This document shows, one piece after another, positions 37,671 to 48,231 of a stretch of DNA of 64,000 nt (its first letter is position 1; the number at the start of each line of letters is the position of its first letter). The position numbers and the translations under genes were made by a program. The notes below the pieces were generated by a model. That model worked only from the letters and a program-made list of their open reading frames with translations. It made no database searches and was not told the DNA's origin. Origin of the DNA: an uncultured Actinomycetes bacterium (GTDB lineage Bacteria; Actinomycetota; UBA4738; HRBIN12); the NCBI GenBank assembly GCA_963796725.1, contig CAWCMT010000001.1:628437-692436 (forward strand). Direction: 5' to 3'.

Positions 37671-39528
37671 TCAGGCGCCGCGCGGCGAACCGCAGGTCGC
37701 CCTCGCGGCGCGTGATCTCCGCGCTGATCGAACCACTCCAGCAGCGGGACCGCAAACTTCCGGCTGGTGCCGAGCGCCTCCCGGAACGCGCTGACGGTGA
37801 TGCCCGACGCCGCCGGCGGCCCGCACACCGCCTGCGCCGCGAGCGACGAAGTCCGGCGTGAAGACCAGGTCCGGAGGCACGCGCACGACCAGACCCTGCG
37901 CGGGCGGCGGCGTCGATCGATCTGACGGTCCGAGCCCGTCGTCCGCCAGGTCCTTCAGGGTCGGCGGCGTGGCTTCGTGCGGCGCCCACGGTCCGCAGGA
38001 GTCGCTCGACGTCGCCGCCGCGCGCTCCAATCGCCGGGGCGATGCCCGGCACCGCAGCGCCGTCCGCTGCGCTCGACCATGCCCTCCGCGACGGCCGCCG
38101 TGCGATCACGGCCTCCGTCAGGTCCGGGTCGCGCGGGCGCCCGCGCCGGCGCGAGCGCATGCGCACACGGCGCCGCGCGGACGCCGGAGCCAGGCCCCTC
38201 CTCCAGCGGGTCTTCCGGTGGAACGTGTCGAGGGCTCAGTAACGAGGGCGTGGACGGCCGCATTCGCGCAACGCCGTCGTCGATCAGCCATGCCCCGCAG
38301 GCTGCGGTCCGCGACCTCGACACCGGTGAGCTGGGCCGCCTCGTGCCACGCGCACGGCGCCTCGCTCGGCGGCGAGGAGTCGGGGAGCTCGTCGCGCGAC
38401 GCGGCCGCTCGTGCCGCGAGACGCAGCGCCGCGTTGGCTCCGGGGCGGGCGGGCGGCGCGACATCGAGCACGGCGCCGCCGGCCACGGTCTCGCGACGGC
38501 CCGTCTCGCGCAGGACGAATCGGTCGAACACGTCGAGCACCAGGGGGCGCGACGAGCCCAGCCGCGCGAACGCCCGCCCCCCCGGTCGAGCGACGCCCCG
38601 TCGAGCAGGCGGACTTCGCGTCTCCCTCCGCGGCGCCCGCGTAGAGCTTGAAGGCCCCTCGTGCGGTGACCGGGCGCGCAAGGCCGCGGACCGGCCGCAG
38701 CATGCCCTCGACCGTGTCGGTCGGTCGCCAGTCACCAGGTCGGCCCAGCACGTCGCCGCGTCCCAGCTCCTCGCGTTCGCGCCCGACGAGGTTCGCCGCA
38801 ACCCGGGTGACGGGGCACGGCGCGCGTCCTCGGCGTGCTTGTGGGTCTGCAGTGAACGGATCCGCGCGCGGCGTCCGCCGGGGAGCAGCTCGACGTCGTC
38901 GCCGACCTCAGGCAGTCCCCGGTCAGCGTGCCCGTGACGACGGTACCTGCCCCCTTGATCGAGAAGATGCGGTCGATGAACAGCCGGGTGCGGCCGACCG
39001 CGCGGGGCGGGCGGCGCCCAGCATCGCGTCGAGCGCCGCCGGAGCTCCTCGACGCCTTCGCCCGTGCGAGCGGAGACCGGCACGATCGGGGCGCACCCCA
39101 GGGCCGTGCCTGCGACATGCTCCAGGACGTCGTCCTCGGCCAGCGCCGCGAGCTCCGGATCCACCAGGTCGAACTTGGTGAGGGCGACGACGGCGCCCGT
39201 CGACCCGAGGACGTCCAGGATCTGGAGGTGCTCCTCGGACTGCGGCTTCCACCCCTCGTCGGCCGCCACCACGAACAGCACGAGCCGGACCGGTCCAACG
39301 CCGGCCAGCATGTTGGCGATGAACCGCTCATGGCCCGGCACGTCGACGAAGCCGACGTCGCGGCCGGACGGGAGCGTGCTCCACGCGTAGCCCAGGTCGA
39401 TCGTGAGGCCCCGACGCTTCTCTTCGACGAAGCGATCCGGATCGATGCCGGTCAGCGCCACGATGAGGGACGACTTGCCGTGATCGACGTGTCCGGCGGT
39501 AGCGACGACGCGGAGCGCGCGCGCCACG
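37671..39528 (-). pseudogene. selB: selenocysteine-specific translation elongation factor SelB; at least 7 frame breaks
   Basis: GTG 39528. The G domain is intact (RVVATAGHVDHGKSSLIVALTGIDPDRFVEEKRRGLTIDLGYAW...DVPGHERF...LTKFDLV). Downstream pieces RLFIDRIFSIKGAGTVVTGTLTGD, VELLPGGRRARIRSLQTH, GDWRPTDTVEGMLRPVRGLARPVTARGAFKLYAGAAE, VLDVFDRFVLRETGRRETVAGGAVLDV, ATPPTLKDLADDGLG...VVRVPPDLVFTPDFV and ITVSAFREALGTSRKFAVPLLEWFDQRGITRREGDLR lie in alternating frames. The 3' end is uncertain. Confidence 0.85.
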
Positions 39529-39531
39529 TCC

Positions 39532-40919
39532 TCAGTCCTCGTTGAAGTCGTCGCCCTCGATCGCGTAGAGGATCGCGCGGGCGAGATGGGGGACGTCGTC
39601 GTCGTTGAAGGTCCGGCATCGAACGAGCACGTGGTCGGCCTCGACGCGGCAGAAGACCGACGGGCTGGCCGGTGCGCAGCCGTCCGGCGAAGGCCGGGGG
39701 ATCGGGCACCTTCATCCGCACGCCCCAGGACGGGAGCGCGGTGCCTGGCGTCGATCGCTCCGCCCACGACCGCCTCCGATCTGTGGGTGTGCGCCCCTCT
39801 AGATCGCCGCCGAGCGTCTCGGACAGGCGCTGGGCGCGCTCGTGCACGGCGTCGGCGGACTCCCGGAGCATCGCCAGCACTGGGAGCTCGGAGTCCGCGC
39901 GTCCGGAGACGTCAGGCGCCAGGACGGCCTCGAGTGCGGCGACCTGGATCTTGTCCACGCGCATCGCGCGCGCGAGCGGATGTTTGCGAAGGCGGGCGAT
40001 CAGGTCGGCCCGTCCGCACGACGATGCCGGCCTGCGGCCCCCCCAGCAGTTTGTCGCCGCTGAACGTGACGAGATCCGCGCCTTCCTCTAGCGCATCGGC
40101 CACGGAGGGTTCGTCGGGCGGCATGCCGCGGCCGTGGGCGAGTAAGCCCGAGCCCACGTCGTAGATGAAGGGCACGCCTGAGCTCCGCGCCAGCTTGGCG
40201 AGGTCTCTTCCCGCCGCAGCGGCCGTGAACCCCACCATGCGGTAGTTCGAGGGATGCACGCGCAAGATCGCGCCGGTGCGGTCGGTGACTGCTCCTCGGT
40301 AGTCGCCGATCCGGGTTCGGTTCGTCGTGCCGACCTCGACGAGTCGTGCTCCCGAGGCGGCCATGATGTCGGGGATCCGGAACGCCCCCCCGATCTCGAT
40401 CAGCTCGCCGCGCGAGACCACCACCTGTCGGCCCTTCGCGAGGGCGGCGAGGGCGAGCAGCAGCGCCGCCGCGCAGTTGTTCACGACCAAGGCGGCCTCG
40501 GCCCCGGTGAGCGCGGTGATCATGGCCTCGGCGCGCCCCGTGCGGCGTGCCTCTGGCCCCGGTCTCGCGGTCGACCTCGAGATCCACGTAGCCTGCCGGC
40601 TGCGCGCGCGACGGCCGAGGCCGCGCGCGGCGGGCAGCGGCGCGCGCCCCAGCCCGGTGTGCAGGATCACGCCCGGTCGCATTGATCACGGGCGTGAGTC
40701 CCGTCGCGATCCGGGAGGCGCGGCCGCAGCGCGCGCGCCAGGATCTCGTCGGCGGGTGGCGGCGCGGGTCCCTTCGGCGGCCGCCTTCCGGACCTCGGCG
40801 AGCACGCGCACGAGCTCCTGCTTCACCAACGGACGGCCGAGGGTCACGCTGGCGCGGCGGCCCGGATCGGAGCGCAGGAGCGCGTCGAGCGAGGGCACGG
40901 TGCGCCGGGCGTCGGTCAT
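39532..40919 (-). pseudogene. selA: L-seryl-tRNA(Sec) selenium transferase SelA; at least 6 frame breaks
   Basis: ATG 40919 (MTDARRTVPSLDALLRSDPG...). Pieces INATG | VILHTGLGRAPLP | AQPAGYVDLEVDRETGARG | AEAMITALTGAEAALVVNNCAAALLL...FSGDKLLGGPQAG (PLP-lysine motif) | MRVDKIQVAALEAVLA... | ...FCRVEADHVLVRCRTFNDDDVPHLARAILYAIEGDDFNED stop (TGA 39532-39534). Confidence 0.85.
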
Positions 40920-41023
40920 GGTTGGCAGACTACCCAGTCGCCGCGCACGCGACGGCCGTCGGGATCCGGCGGGACGTCCCTGCGCTGGGCGGATGGGGAC
41001 CTCGCGGCTAGGATAGGCGCGCC

Positions 41024-42218
41024 ATGGTCGAGATCCAGCAGCGTCCCGCGTTCCAGCACGAGGTGACGTCCATGATCCGCGGGGGTGGCCTGGACGTGGA
41101 GATCGCCCGCGCCGGCGACCTCGAGACCGAGGAGATGATCCTCAACATCGGGCCGCAGCACCCCTCGACCCACGGTGTGCTGCGGGTGGTCCTCGAGCTG
41201 GACGGCGAGGTCATCACGCGGGCCGAGCCGGTGATCGGCTACATGCACCGCGCCGCCGAGAAGCTCGCGGAGTACCGCGACGCCCGACAGGTGCTCGTCC
41301 TGATGAACCGGCACGATTGGATCTCCGCTTTCAACAACGAGCTGGGGTGGACGATCGCCGTTGAGCGCCTGGCCGGCATCGAGGTGCCGGAGCGTGCCCA
41401 GTGGATCCGCACGATGTTCGCCGAGTGGAACCGGATCCTGAACCACCTGATGTTCGCGGGGTCCTTCCCGCTGGAGCTCGGCGCGATGACGCCGATCTTC
41501 TACTCGTTCATCGAGCGCGAGTTGGTCCAAGACCTCCTGGAGTCCGCCACCGGCGCACGGATGCACCATTCGTACTGCCGCGTCGGGGGGCTGAAGGACG
41601 ACCTGCCGGCGGGGTTCCTGAAACGGTCGGCCGAGTGCGTCCTAGCGATCCGGACCTGGATCAAGAACTTCGAGACGCTGATCATGGGCAACGAGATCAT
41701 CTTCGCGCGCTGCCGCAACATCGGGGTTCTCTCCTCGGAGAAGGCGATCGCCTACGGCACCTCCGGTCCGACCCTCCAGGCCGCGGGCGTGCCCATGGAC
41801 CCTCGCAAGGACGAGCCCTACGAGAAGTACGGCGAGGTCGAGTTCGAGGTGCCGGTCGGCAAGACCGGTGACTCCTACGACCGCCTCTGGGTGCTCGTCG
41901 AGCGGACGCGTCAGTCGCTCAACATCATCGAGCAGTGCATGGAGAAGCTGCCGGCCGGCAAGTACCGGGCGGACAAGCTGCCCAAGAAGCTCACGCTCGA
42001 GGAGGGCGAGGTCTACGTCCGTACCGAGAACCCGCTCGGGCTGATGGGCTACTACGTGGTCGGCAACGGCAAGAAGCAGCCCTACCGCGTGAAGATGCGC
42101 ACCGCGTCGTTCTCGAACGTCGAGCGTGATCCCCGCGTTGCTGCCCGGCGCACAACTGCCCGACCTGATCTCGATCCTCGGGTCGATCTTCTTCGTCGTC
42201 GGCGACGTCGATCGCTGA
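41024..42218 (+). pseudogene. nuoD: NADH-quinone oxidoreductase subunit D (NuoD/49-kDa) paralogue, solitary; one frame break near the C-terminus
   Basis: NIGPQHPSTHGVLRVVLELDGE, ...HSYCRVGGLKDDLP... are intact for 366 aa. RTASFSNVE | VIPALLPGAQLPDLISILGSIFFVVGDVDR stop (TGA 42216-42218) lies in the +1 frame (junction about 42125). There are no other nuo genes in the window. TAGGAT sits 9 nt upstream of the ATG. Confidence 0.85.
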
Positions 42219-42239
42219 GTCGGGGTCTCGGGATCGCCC

Positions 42240-43301
42240 GTGACCGACCTCCACCTCGCCCGGGCCACCGAACGCGCACGCTCGATCGCCGACGAGGTCT
42301 TGTTCCCCGCCGCGCAGGACACCGACCGCGCCCCGCTCGTGCCCCGCTCCCATCTGGACCTGCTGGGCGCCGAGGGGCTGCATGGCCTTTACGGACCCCC
42401 CGGGGTGGGCCTGGGGGCGGACGCCACGAGTGCCCGGCCGATCCAGGAGGCCGTGGCCGGAGGCTGCGGCGCCACCTCGTTCGTCTGGGCGCAGCACCAC
42501 GGGGCCGTCCGACGGATCGCGCAGGGCGACGGGCCCGCCCGGGAGCGGTGGCTCGGCGCATGCTGCGCCGGGGATCTGCTGGCCGGGATCGCCTTCGCTT
42601 ATCTGCGCCGCCCGGGGCCCGCCGCCGTGCGCGCGACGCGCGAGGCAGAGGGCTGGCGGCTCGACGGCCGTGCACCCTGGGTCACGGGCTGGGGTCTGAT
42701 CGACGTGCTGGTGGTGGCGGCGCGTACCGATGACGATCGCGTCGTGACGGTCGTGCTCGACCGGCTCGACGACGCCGGCCTGCAACCGGGGGAACCGCAA
42801 CAACTGCTCGCGATGTCCGCGACGGGGACCGTGGCCCTCGGCTTCGACGGCGTGCGGGTCGGGACAGACGACGTTGCCGAGGTACTCCCGTACGCGTGGT
42901 GGTTCGAGCGGGATCAGAAAGGCGGTGCTCATCCGCCGGCCGCGCCCCTGGGCATCACCGATCGAGCGCTGCGGCTCCTGGCAGAGCGGCCCGATGCGGA
43001 GGAGACAGCATCGGTGCTCGCCGCAGAGCTGGACGCGCGACGCACCGAGGCCGACCGACTGGGGGCCGCGCTGCGGGAGGGCACTGCGGGAGCCGTGGCC
43101 CAAGGGTTCGCGGAGCGGGACCGTGGAACCGCGCTGGCCCGCCGCGTCACCGACGCGCTCATCGCGGCTTCCGGCGGCGCGTCCATGGACCTCGCGCACC
43201 CCGCCCAACGCCTCTCTCGCGAGGCGTCCTTCTACCTGATCCAAGCGCAGACGCCGGACCTACGGGCCTTGGCGCTCCGCCGAGCGCTGGCTCCCCACTG
43301 A
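42240..43301 (+). CDS. acyl-CoA dehydrogenase family protein
   Basis: Intact 353-aa ORF with ACAD-like N-terminal, middle and C-terminal regions (GGCGATSFVWAQHHG, WRLDGRAPWVTGWG, SREASFYLIQ). Confidence 0.75.
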   Translation: MTDLHLARATERARSIADEVLFPAAQDTDRAPLVPRSHLDLLGAEGLHGLYGPPGVGLGADATSARPIQEAVAGGCGATSFVWAQHHGAVRRIAQGDGPARERWLGACCAGDLLAGIAFAYLRRPGPAAVRATREAEGWRLDGRAPWVTGWGLIDVLVVAARTDDDRVVTVVLDRLDDAGLQPGEPQQLLAMSATGTVALGFDGVRVGTDDVAEVLPYAWWFERDQKGGAHPPAAPLGITDRALRLLAERPDAEETASVLAAELDARRTEADRLGAALREGTAGAVAQGFAERDRGTALARRVTDALIAASGGASMDLAHPAQRLSREASFYLIQAQTPDLRALALRRALAPH

Positions 43302-43425
43302 GGGACCCGAGGGCCGCGACGGACCGTTGGTCCGCCGCGCCGACCGCATCATCGAGGTCCAGGTTCTCGCCCCCGCATGCCGATAGGGAACCTGAGGATA
43401 CGTCGGGGATACGAGGGGGACCGCG

Positions 43426-43914
43426 ATGACGACCTACGGTAGGTTCCGGATGCGCCGGGGGCGCCATGGTGCGCTGGAGATCTGGGCGCGTGGCTGGCGG
43501 CTGGAGCTCAGGGTGATCGCGCTGGCACCGCTGGCGCTGGCCGCTACGTTCCTGATCTCCCCGGTCGACGCGGTGCTCAAGGGCCTGGGGGTCGCGGCGC
43601 TGCTCGCCTGCACGTGGGTCTGCGCGCGGCTCGGCAGGCTCGGGTTCAGGCTCACCGCCGAGGGGGTCGAGGTCGTGGATGTGCTCAGGACGAGGGTGGT
43701 TCCCTGGGACGACGTCGTTGGGTTCGTCGGTGAACGGGATCCGCACGAGGGACGGGCCGTGCTGCTGGGGCGCGACGGACGTCGGGTCAAAGCACCCGGC
43801 ACCTTCGCCGCCGAAGACATGGACCCTTACGGCGACGAGGCCGAGGAGCCCATCATCGACGAGCTGAACCGGCTGGTCTGGGCCGCGCGGCGCGGTGAGG
43901 CCCTGCCCGTCTGA
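43426..43914 (+). CDS. hypothetical membrane protein with a bacterial PH-like C-terminal domain
   Basis: Intact 162-aa ORF. Two hydrophobic helices, then GFRLTAEGVEVVDVLRTRVVPWDDVVGF. Family call is tentative. Confidence 0.4.
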   Translation: MTTYGRFRMRRGRHGALEIWARGWRLELRVIALAPLALAATFLISPVDAVLKGLGVAALLACTWVCARLGRLGFRLTAEGVEVVDVLRTRVVPWDDVVGFVGERDPHEGRAVLLGRDGRRVKAPGTFAAEDMDPYGDEAEEPIIDELNRLVWAARRGEALPV

Positions 43915-43929
43915 CGACTGCGTCCGAGG

Positions 43930-45435
43930 TCAGGTCTGGCGGTTGAACCAGGCCCCGCCGGGACCCCAGTAGCTCCGGGCCTCTCCCCAGATCGCGACCG
44001 TGGCGCCCGTGTCCGTGACGTCGATCTCCCCGTAGTCGCCGTAGATCTGCCGGAAGCCCTGCGGGCTCTTGTACACGGCGCCGCTCGAGGCGTCGGAGAT
44101 CTTCACGGGTGCGCTCCAGGCCACGCCGTCGGCCGAGGTCCGGTACCAGATCTGCCACCGCCCCGTGCTCCGGTCGGCGAACCAGGCGCGCACCGCTCCG
44201 CGTCCGTCCGCCGTCTCCGCGGGGAAGCCGCCGTTCGCGCTGCCGTGGGAGATCCGCTTCCGTGCGCTCCACGTCTGCCCGCCGTCGGCGGAGACGTAGG
44301 CCCAGACGCTCTGCAGCCCGCGCGTCTTGATCGCGCCGTCAGCGAGCAGCACGAGGACGCCGGGCCGTGCCTCGGCGACCACGATATGGCCCGCGTAGTA
44401 GTCGGGGCGGCAGTGGAATCGGCAGGCGACCCCCAGTCGGAAGGTGTCGACCCGGATCACGTTCCACGTGCGCCCCCCGTCCGTGGAGCGGAGCACGCTG
44501 GGCCGGGAGGTGCCCACGAGGTTGTTGTTGCTGGGACCGTACTTCAGGCTCGACTCAGCGAAGACGACGCTACCGTCGGCCAGGACGGTGCCGCCGAACG
44601 CGAAGAGATAGCGCGGCCCATCGGTGACCTTCCTGCGGTGCCACGTGTCGCCACCGTCGTGGGAGAACGCCACCCAGGCGTCCCCGTCGCTGGGTCCGTT
44701 GAAGGCCAGGTAGACGTCGTTCCCGTCCGCGGAGGTCACCAGCAGCGGTTTGTCCTGCCATGCGACGTTCCCGTAGACGGGTACCGGCTTCGTCCAGGTC
44801 TTCCCGTGGTCGGTGGAACGCGTGAACCAAACGGTATAGCCGCGCATGAACGCCGCCATGACCGTCCCGGTGCCGTCGGCGACCTCGATCTGCGGGTCGT
44901 ACATCCCGCGCGTGCCCTTGCACCGGCAGATGAACCGGTAGGGGCCCCAGGTGGCGCCGTCGTCCTTCGAGACCTGCAGGATGATCGCGGGGTCGGGACA
45001 GTCCGCGGCGCAGGCGGTCGGGCCTCCGTACCGTGTCACGAGACGGTAGACGTACGGGGCCGTGGGGTCGGCGGCGATGGCGGGCTCCCAGTCGTCGAAG
45101 GTGCGGGAGACGGGTCGCTCGCCGGCCCATCCGGGGGCTGGGGCGCGCCGCAGCGGGCCACTGAACCCCAGCGTCCCGTCGGCGCGCGCCTGCTCCAGCG
45201 CCGCCAGGCGCTGCTCGGTGGTGGTGTCCCCGGCATCCGGGTCGCCGTGCCCGTCCGTCTCCCCTCCGCGGCTCCCTCCTGCATCTGGCGCCGTGGTCGT
45301 CGTGCCCGGCGTGGCAGTGGTCGCGTTCCGCGCGGCGCCTGGGGTTCCTCCATGGAGCGCTCGACCTGCGCCGAACCAAGCGAGCGCGCCGGCGAGGCCG
45401 AGCGCGAAGATGACGAGCGTGACACGGCGACGCAT
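43930..45435 (-). CDS. secreted BNR/Asp-box repeat (sialidase-fold) protein
   Basis: Intact 501-aa ORF with a signal-anchor (MRRRVTLVIFALGLAGALAWFGA). Asp-boxes SKDDGATW, STDHGKTW, SHDGGDTW, STDGGRTW, SADGGQTW, SADGVAW. Confidence 0.8.
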   Translation of the reverse strand: MRRRVTLVIFALGLAGALAWFGAGRALHGGTPGAARNATTATPGTTTTAPDAGGSRGGETDGHGDPDAGDTTTEQRLAALEQARADGTLGFSGPLRRAPAPGWAGERPVSRTFDDWEPAIAADPTAPYVYRLVTRYGGPTACAADCPDPAIILQVSKDDGATWGPYRFICRCKGTRGMYDPQIEVADGTGTVMAAFMRGYTVWFTRSTDHGKTWTKPVPVYGNVAWQDKPLLVTSADGNDVYLAFNGPSDGDAWVAFSHDGGDTWHRRKVTDGPRYLFAFGGTVLADGSVVFAESSLKYGPSNNNLVGTSRPSVLRSTDGGRTWNVIRVDTFRLGVACRFHCRPDYYAGHIVVAEARPGVLVLLADGAIKTRGLQSVWAYVSADGGQTWSARKRISHGSANGGFPAETADGRGAVRAWFADRSTGRWQIWYRTSADGVAWSAPVKISDASSGAVYKSPQGFRQIYGDYGEIDVTDTGATVAIWGEARSYWGPGGAWFNRQT

Positions 45436-45548
45436 CGCTGACCTCCCGGAACGAGAACCGAACGGATGGAGACGAGACCGGACGAGCTTCGGTTTCAGGC
45501 TACGTTGCGGCCCGCGGCGAGGTCAAGGCAAGGGGGCGCACGACGAGG

Positions 45549-46630
45549 TCAGCTCGAGGACCTACCCAACGCCGCGTCCAACCACGCGGGCGCGGGGAGC
45601 CCGCGCGTGGCGAGAACCAGCCACCGGAACCGACCGAGCGCACCGGGATCCACCAGGAGCGTGGCCCGGCTGCGATCGCTCCACGCCCGTACGGCGGCGG
45701 CCCCGTCACGCGCGTCGAGCGACGCGTGCTGGCGGGCCAGCTCTTCTCGCGCCCAGCTGTCGAAGCCGAGGGCGGAGAGGGCCTCGCGTTGGGTCACGGA
45801 AGGGAACGCGCGAAGGCCGATCGCCTCCGCCCGCGCGGCGATCATGGCGAGGTCCACCCCCGCGGTGATGTCGGCTTCGCCCGGCGCATCCAGTGGATCC
45901 TCGACGACGGCGTGGGACCGGTAGCCGTGCGTGACGCCCCCCGGTGTTCCGAGGCCACCGTAGTCGATCACGAGGACGTAGCCGGCGATGTCCATCCATC
46001 CCAGGCAGGCCGTCCACGAAGGCGAGCGCCCCCTCGGGGACCACGGTCTCCTCGCCGGTCGGCAGGTCGCTCTATCGCCCGCCGCAGTTCGTCGTCGGCG
46101 GGGACCAGCCGCTCGACCAGGTGACCATCCGACTCTCCCACGCGGACCTCCACCGGTCCATCCCGCGCCATCCGGACCCGGCGGAACGGCAGGTTGTCCA
46201 GCAGCTCGTTCGCGAGGAGCAGATGGGCTCCCCGGGGCGGCACGTTGGCCGACGCCAGGCCCTCGAGGCGCGACAGCGCCTCAAGCGCCCCGGTGCTCCG
46301 ATCGACGGCGGTGTAGGCCAAGGGCACGTCGCCGAGCGCCTCGATGACCTGGCGGGCGAGGGTGCCGTCGCCCGCCCCCACCTCCGTGATCCGGAAAGGC
46401 TCGGGACGTCCGAGCGCCTCCCAGCAGTCACGCAAGGCCCGGGCAAGCAGCCGGCCGAAGACCGGATGCACGTGGGGGGCGGTCACGAAGTCCCCACGCG
46501 GACCCACCGGAGGGCGCTCGTAGTAGCCACCGGGACCGTAGAGGGCGAGCTCCATGTACGTGGCGAAGGACACGTCACCGCCCGCGGCCCGGATCGCGGT
46601 GACGATCGCGTCGAGGACCCGTCTGCTCAT
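45549..46630 (-). pseudogene. MidA/NDUFAF7-type (DUF185) SAM-dependent methyltransferase; two frame breaks as assembled
   Basis: MSRRVLDAIVTAIRAAGG...GDFVTAPHVHPVFG...ITEVGAGDGTLARQV...LLANELLDNLPFRRV in ORF 45968..46666. | VPEGALAFVDGLPGM | then MDIAGYVLVIDYGG...GEADITAGVDL in ORF 45549..45995. Junctions about 46070 and 45995. Confidence 0.75.
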
Positions 46631-46683
46631 CGGCCCGAGTATGCCCAGCGGCGGGCGGCTCGGCATCCTGCGAGAATCCGCCC

Positions 46684-47328
46684 GTGACCGACGTTATCCG
46701 AAAGGCGGCATCGGTGATCGCTGTCCGCGACGCCTCGGCCTCGCCCGAGGTGCTCGTGCTCGAGCGCTCGGACGACAGCCGGTTCCTTGCGGGCTACGTC
46801 GTGTTCCCGGGCGGTGCGGTCGACGCCCAGGACGCCGATCTGGCCGCCGCCTGGTTCGGGGCACGGGATGAGGACGCTCGCGTCGCCGCGGTGCGGGAGC
46901 TGGCCGAAGAGACGGGCATCGTCCTGACGTCGCGGGGCCTCGCCCCGGCATCTCGGGAGGACCCGCTGTCGGCGGCCCGGGCCGACCCCCCGGCCGCCTC
47001 GCAGCTCACGGAGATCGCACACTGGGTGGCGCCTCCGGACGTGCCGGTGCGGTTCGACGCCCGTTACTACGCCGTTCGGGCGCCAGGCGGACTCGAGCCC
47101 GTGCCCGACGGGCGGGAGGCCACGCGCGCATGGTGGGCTTCGCCGGCCGACGTGTTGGAGGCGTGCGAGTCGGGGAGCACACGGCTCTACTGGCCGACGT
47201 GGCTGACGGTCCGTGAGCTGGCCGGCTGTGACCGGGTTGACCGGATCCTGTCGCTGAGGGTGGACACACGGGAGCCGGACGACGATGAACTGGCGCGCCT
47301 GCCGCGCTCGGTGTTCTGGGACGACTGA
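46684..47328 (+). CDS. NUDIX hydrolase
   Basis: Intact 214-aa ORF. Nudix box ...GGAVDAQD...AAVRELAEETGI. Confidence 0.8.
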   Translation: MTDVIRKAASVIAVRDASASPEVLVLERSDDSRFLAGYVVFPGGAVDAQDADLAAAWFGARDEDARVAAVRELAEETGIVLTSRGLAPASREDPLSAARADPPAASQLTEIAHWVAPPDVPVRFDARYYAVRAPGGLEPVPDGREATRAWWASPADVLEACESGSTRLYWPTWLTVRELAGCDRVDRILSLRVDTREPDDDELARLPRSVFWDD

Positions 47329-48231
47329 TGATGCGTGTCGTCCGTATCCTGGCCCCCAATCCCGGCATCTACACGCTGGAGGGGACGAACACGTGGGTGG
47401 TCGGTGCCGCCCCGGCGGTGGTTATCGACCCGGGCCCGTCGATGCCTTCCCACCTGGAGGAGGTCGCCCTGCTGGCGGGGTCGGTCGAGGCCGTCCTGGT
47501 TACGCACGACCATCCCGATCACGCTCCGGGGGCCTTGGCGTTCGCCCGGCGCATGGGAGCGCCGCTCTACGCCTTCCGCCTCGAGGGTGCCGAGCACCTG
47601 CGGGACGGGCAGGCCCTGGCGGTGGGAGGGATCGACGTTCGGGCCATCCACACTCCCGGCCACAGCTCCGACCACCTCGCCTTCCACATCCCGCAGACCG
47701 GTGCGCTCTTCACCGGCGACGCCGTGCTTGGTCGCGGGACGAGCTTCATCGACCCGCCCGACGGCGATCTCGCCCAGTACCTCCGCTCGCTGGTGCGGAT
47801 GCAGGAGCTCGAGCCCAGGATCCTCTATCCGGGCCACGGTCCCGTCGTGTTCCGCGCGCAAGAGAAACTGCGTGAGTACCTGGAGCATCGGGAGCTCCGC
47901 GAGGACCAGATCATCGCGTGCATGGCACAGGGGCCCGCAACCATCATGGAGGTCGTCGGGACGATCTATGCCGAGCACCCGCAGGAGGTGCACGCGCTGG
48001 CCGCGCGGTCCGTCCTGGCGCACCTGCTGAAACTCCAGGCGCGAGGGCCGCGTGGACCGGAGGGGCAAAGGCCTCGACGCCGAGTGGTCGTTCGTGGAGC
48101 CGAGGGCCTGCGCGCGGTGCGGTCGCCCCGTCCACGGCCGCGCCCGATACTGCTCGACGTGCAGCCTCGTCCTCCTGCAGGAGGGGTCGGCGACGGCGGG
48201 GGGACAGGGTCGCTGGCGACGGGGATTAGCG
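47328..48231 (+). pseudogene. MBL-fold metallo-hydrolase with C-terminal winged-helix and zinc-ribbon tail; 1-2 frame breaks as assembled
   Basis: The start overlaps the NUDIX stop. THDHPDHAPG (HxHxDH). LLKLQA | EGRVDRRGKGLDAEWSFVEPRACARCGRPVHGRARYCSTCS continues in ORF 48052.. (junction about 48045). The true stop is uncertain (perhaps TAG 48229-48231 after a GGGGGG run). Confidence 0.75.

Noticed and set aside
40920-41023. tRNA-Sec (selC) next to selA.
   Set aside because: The 104-nt spacer has no TCA-anticodon loop (CTTCAAA-like) on either strand and no long acceptor/T-arm pairing.
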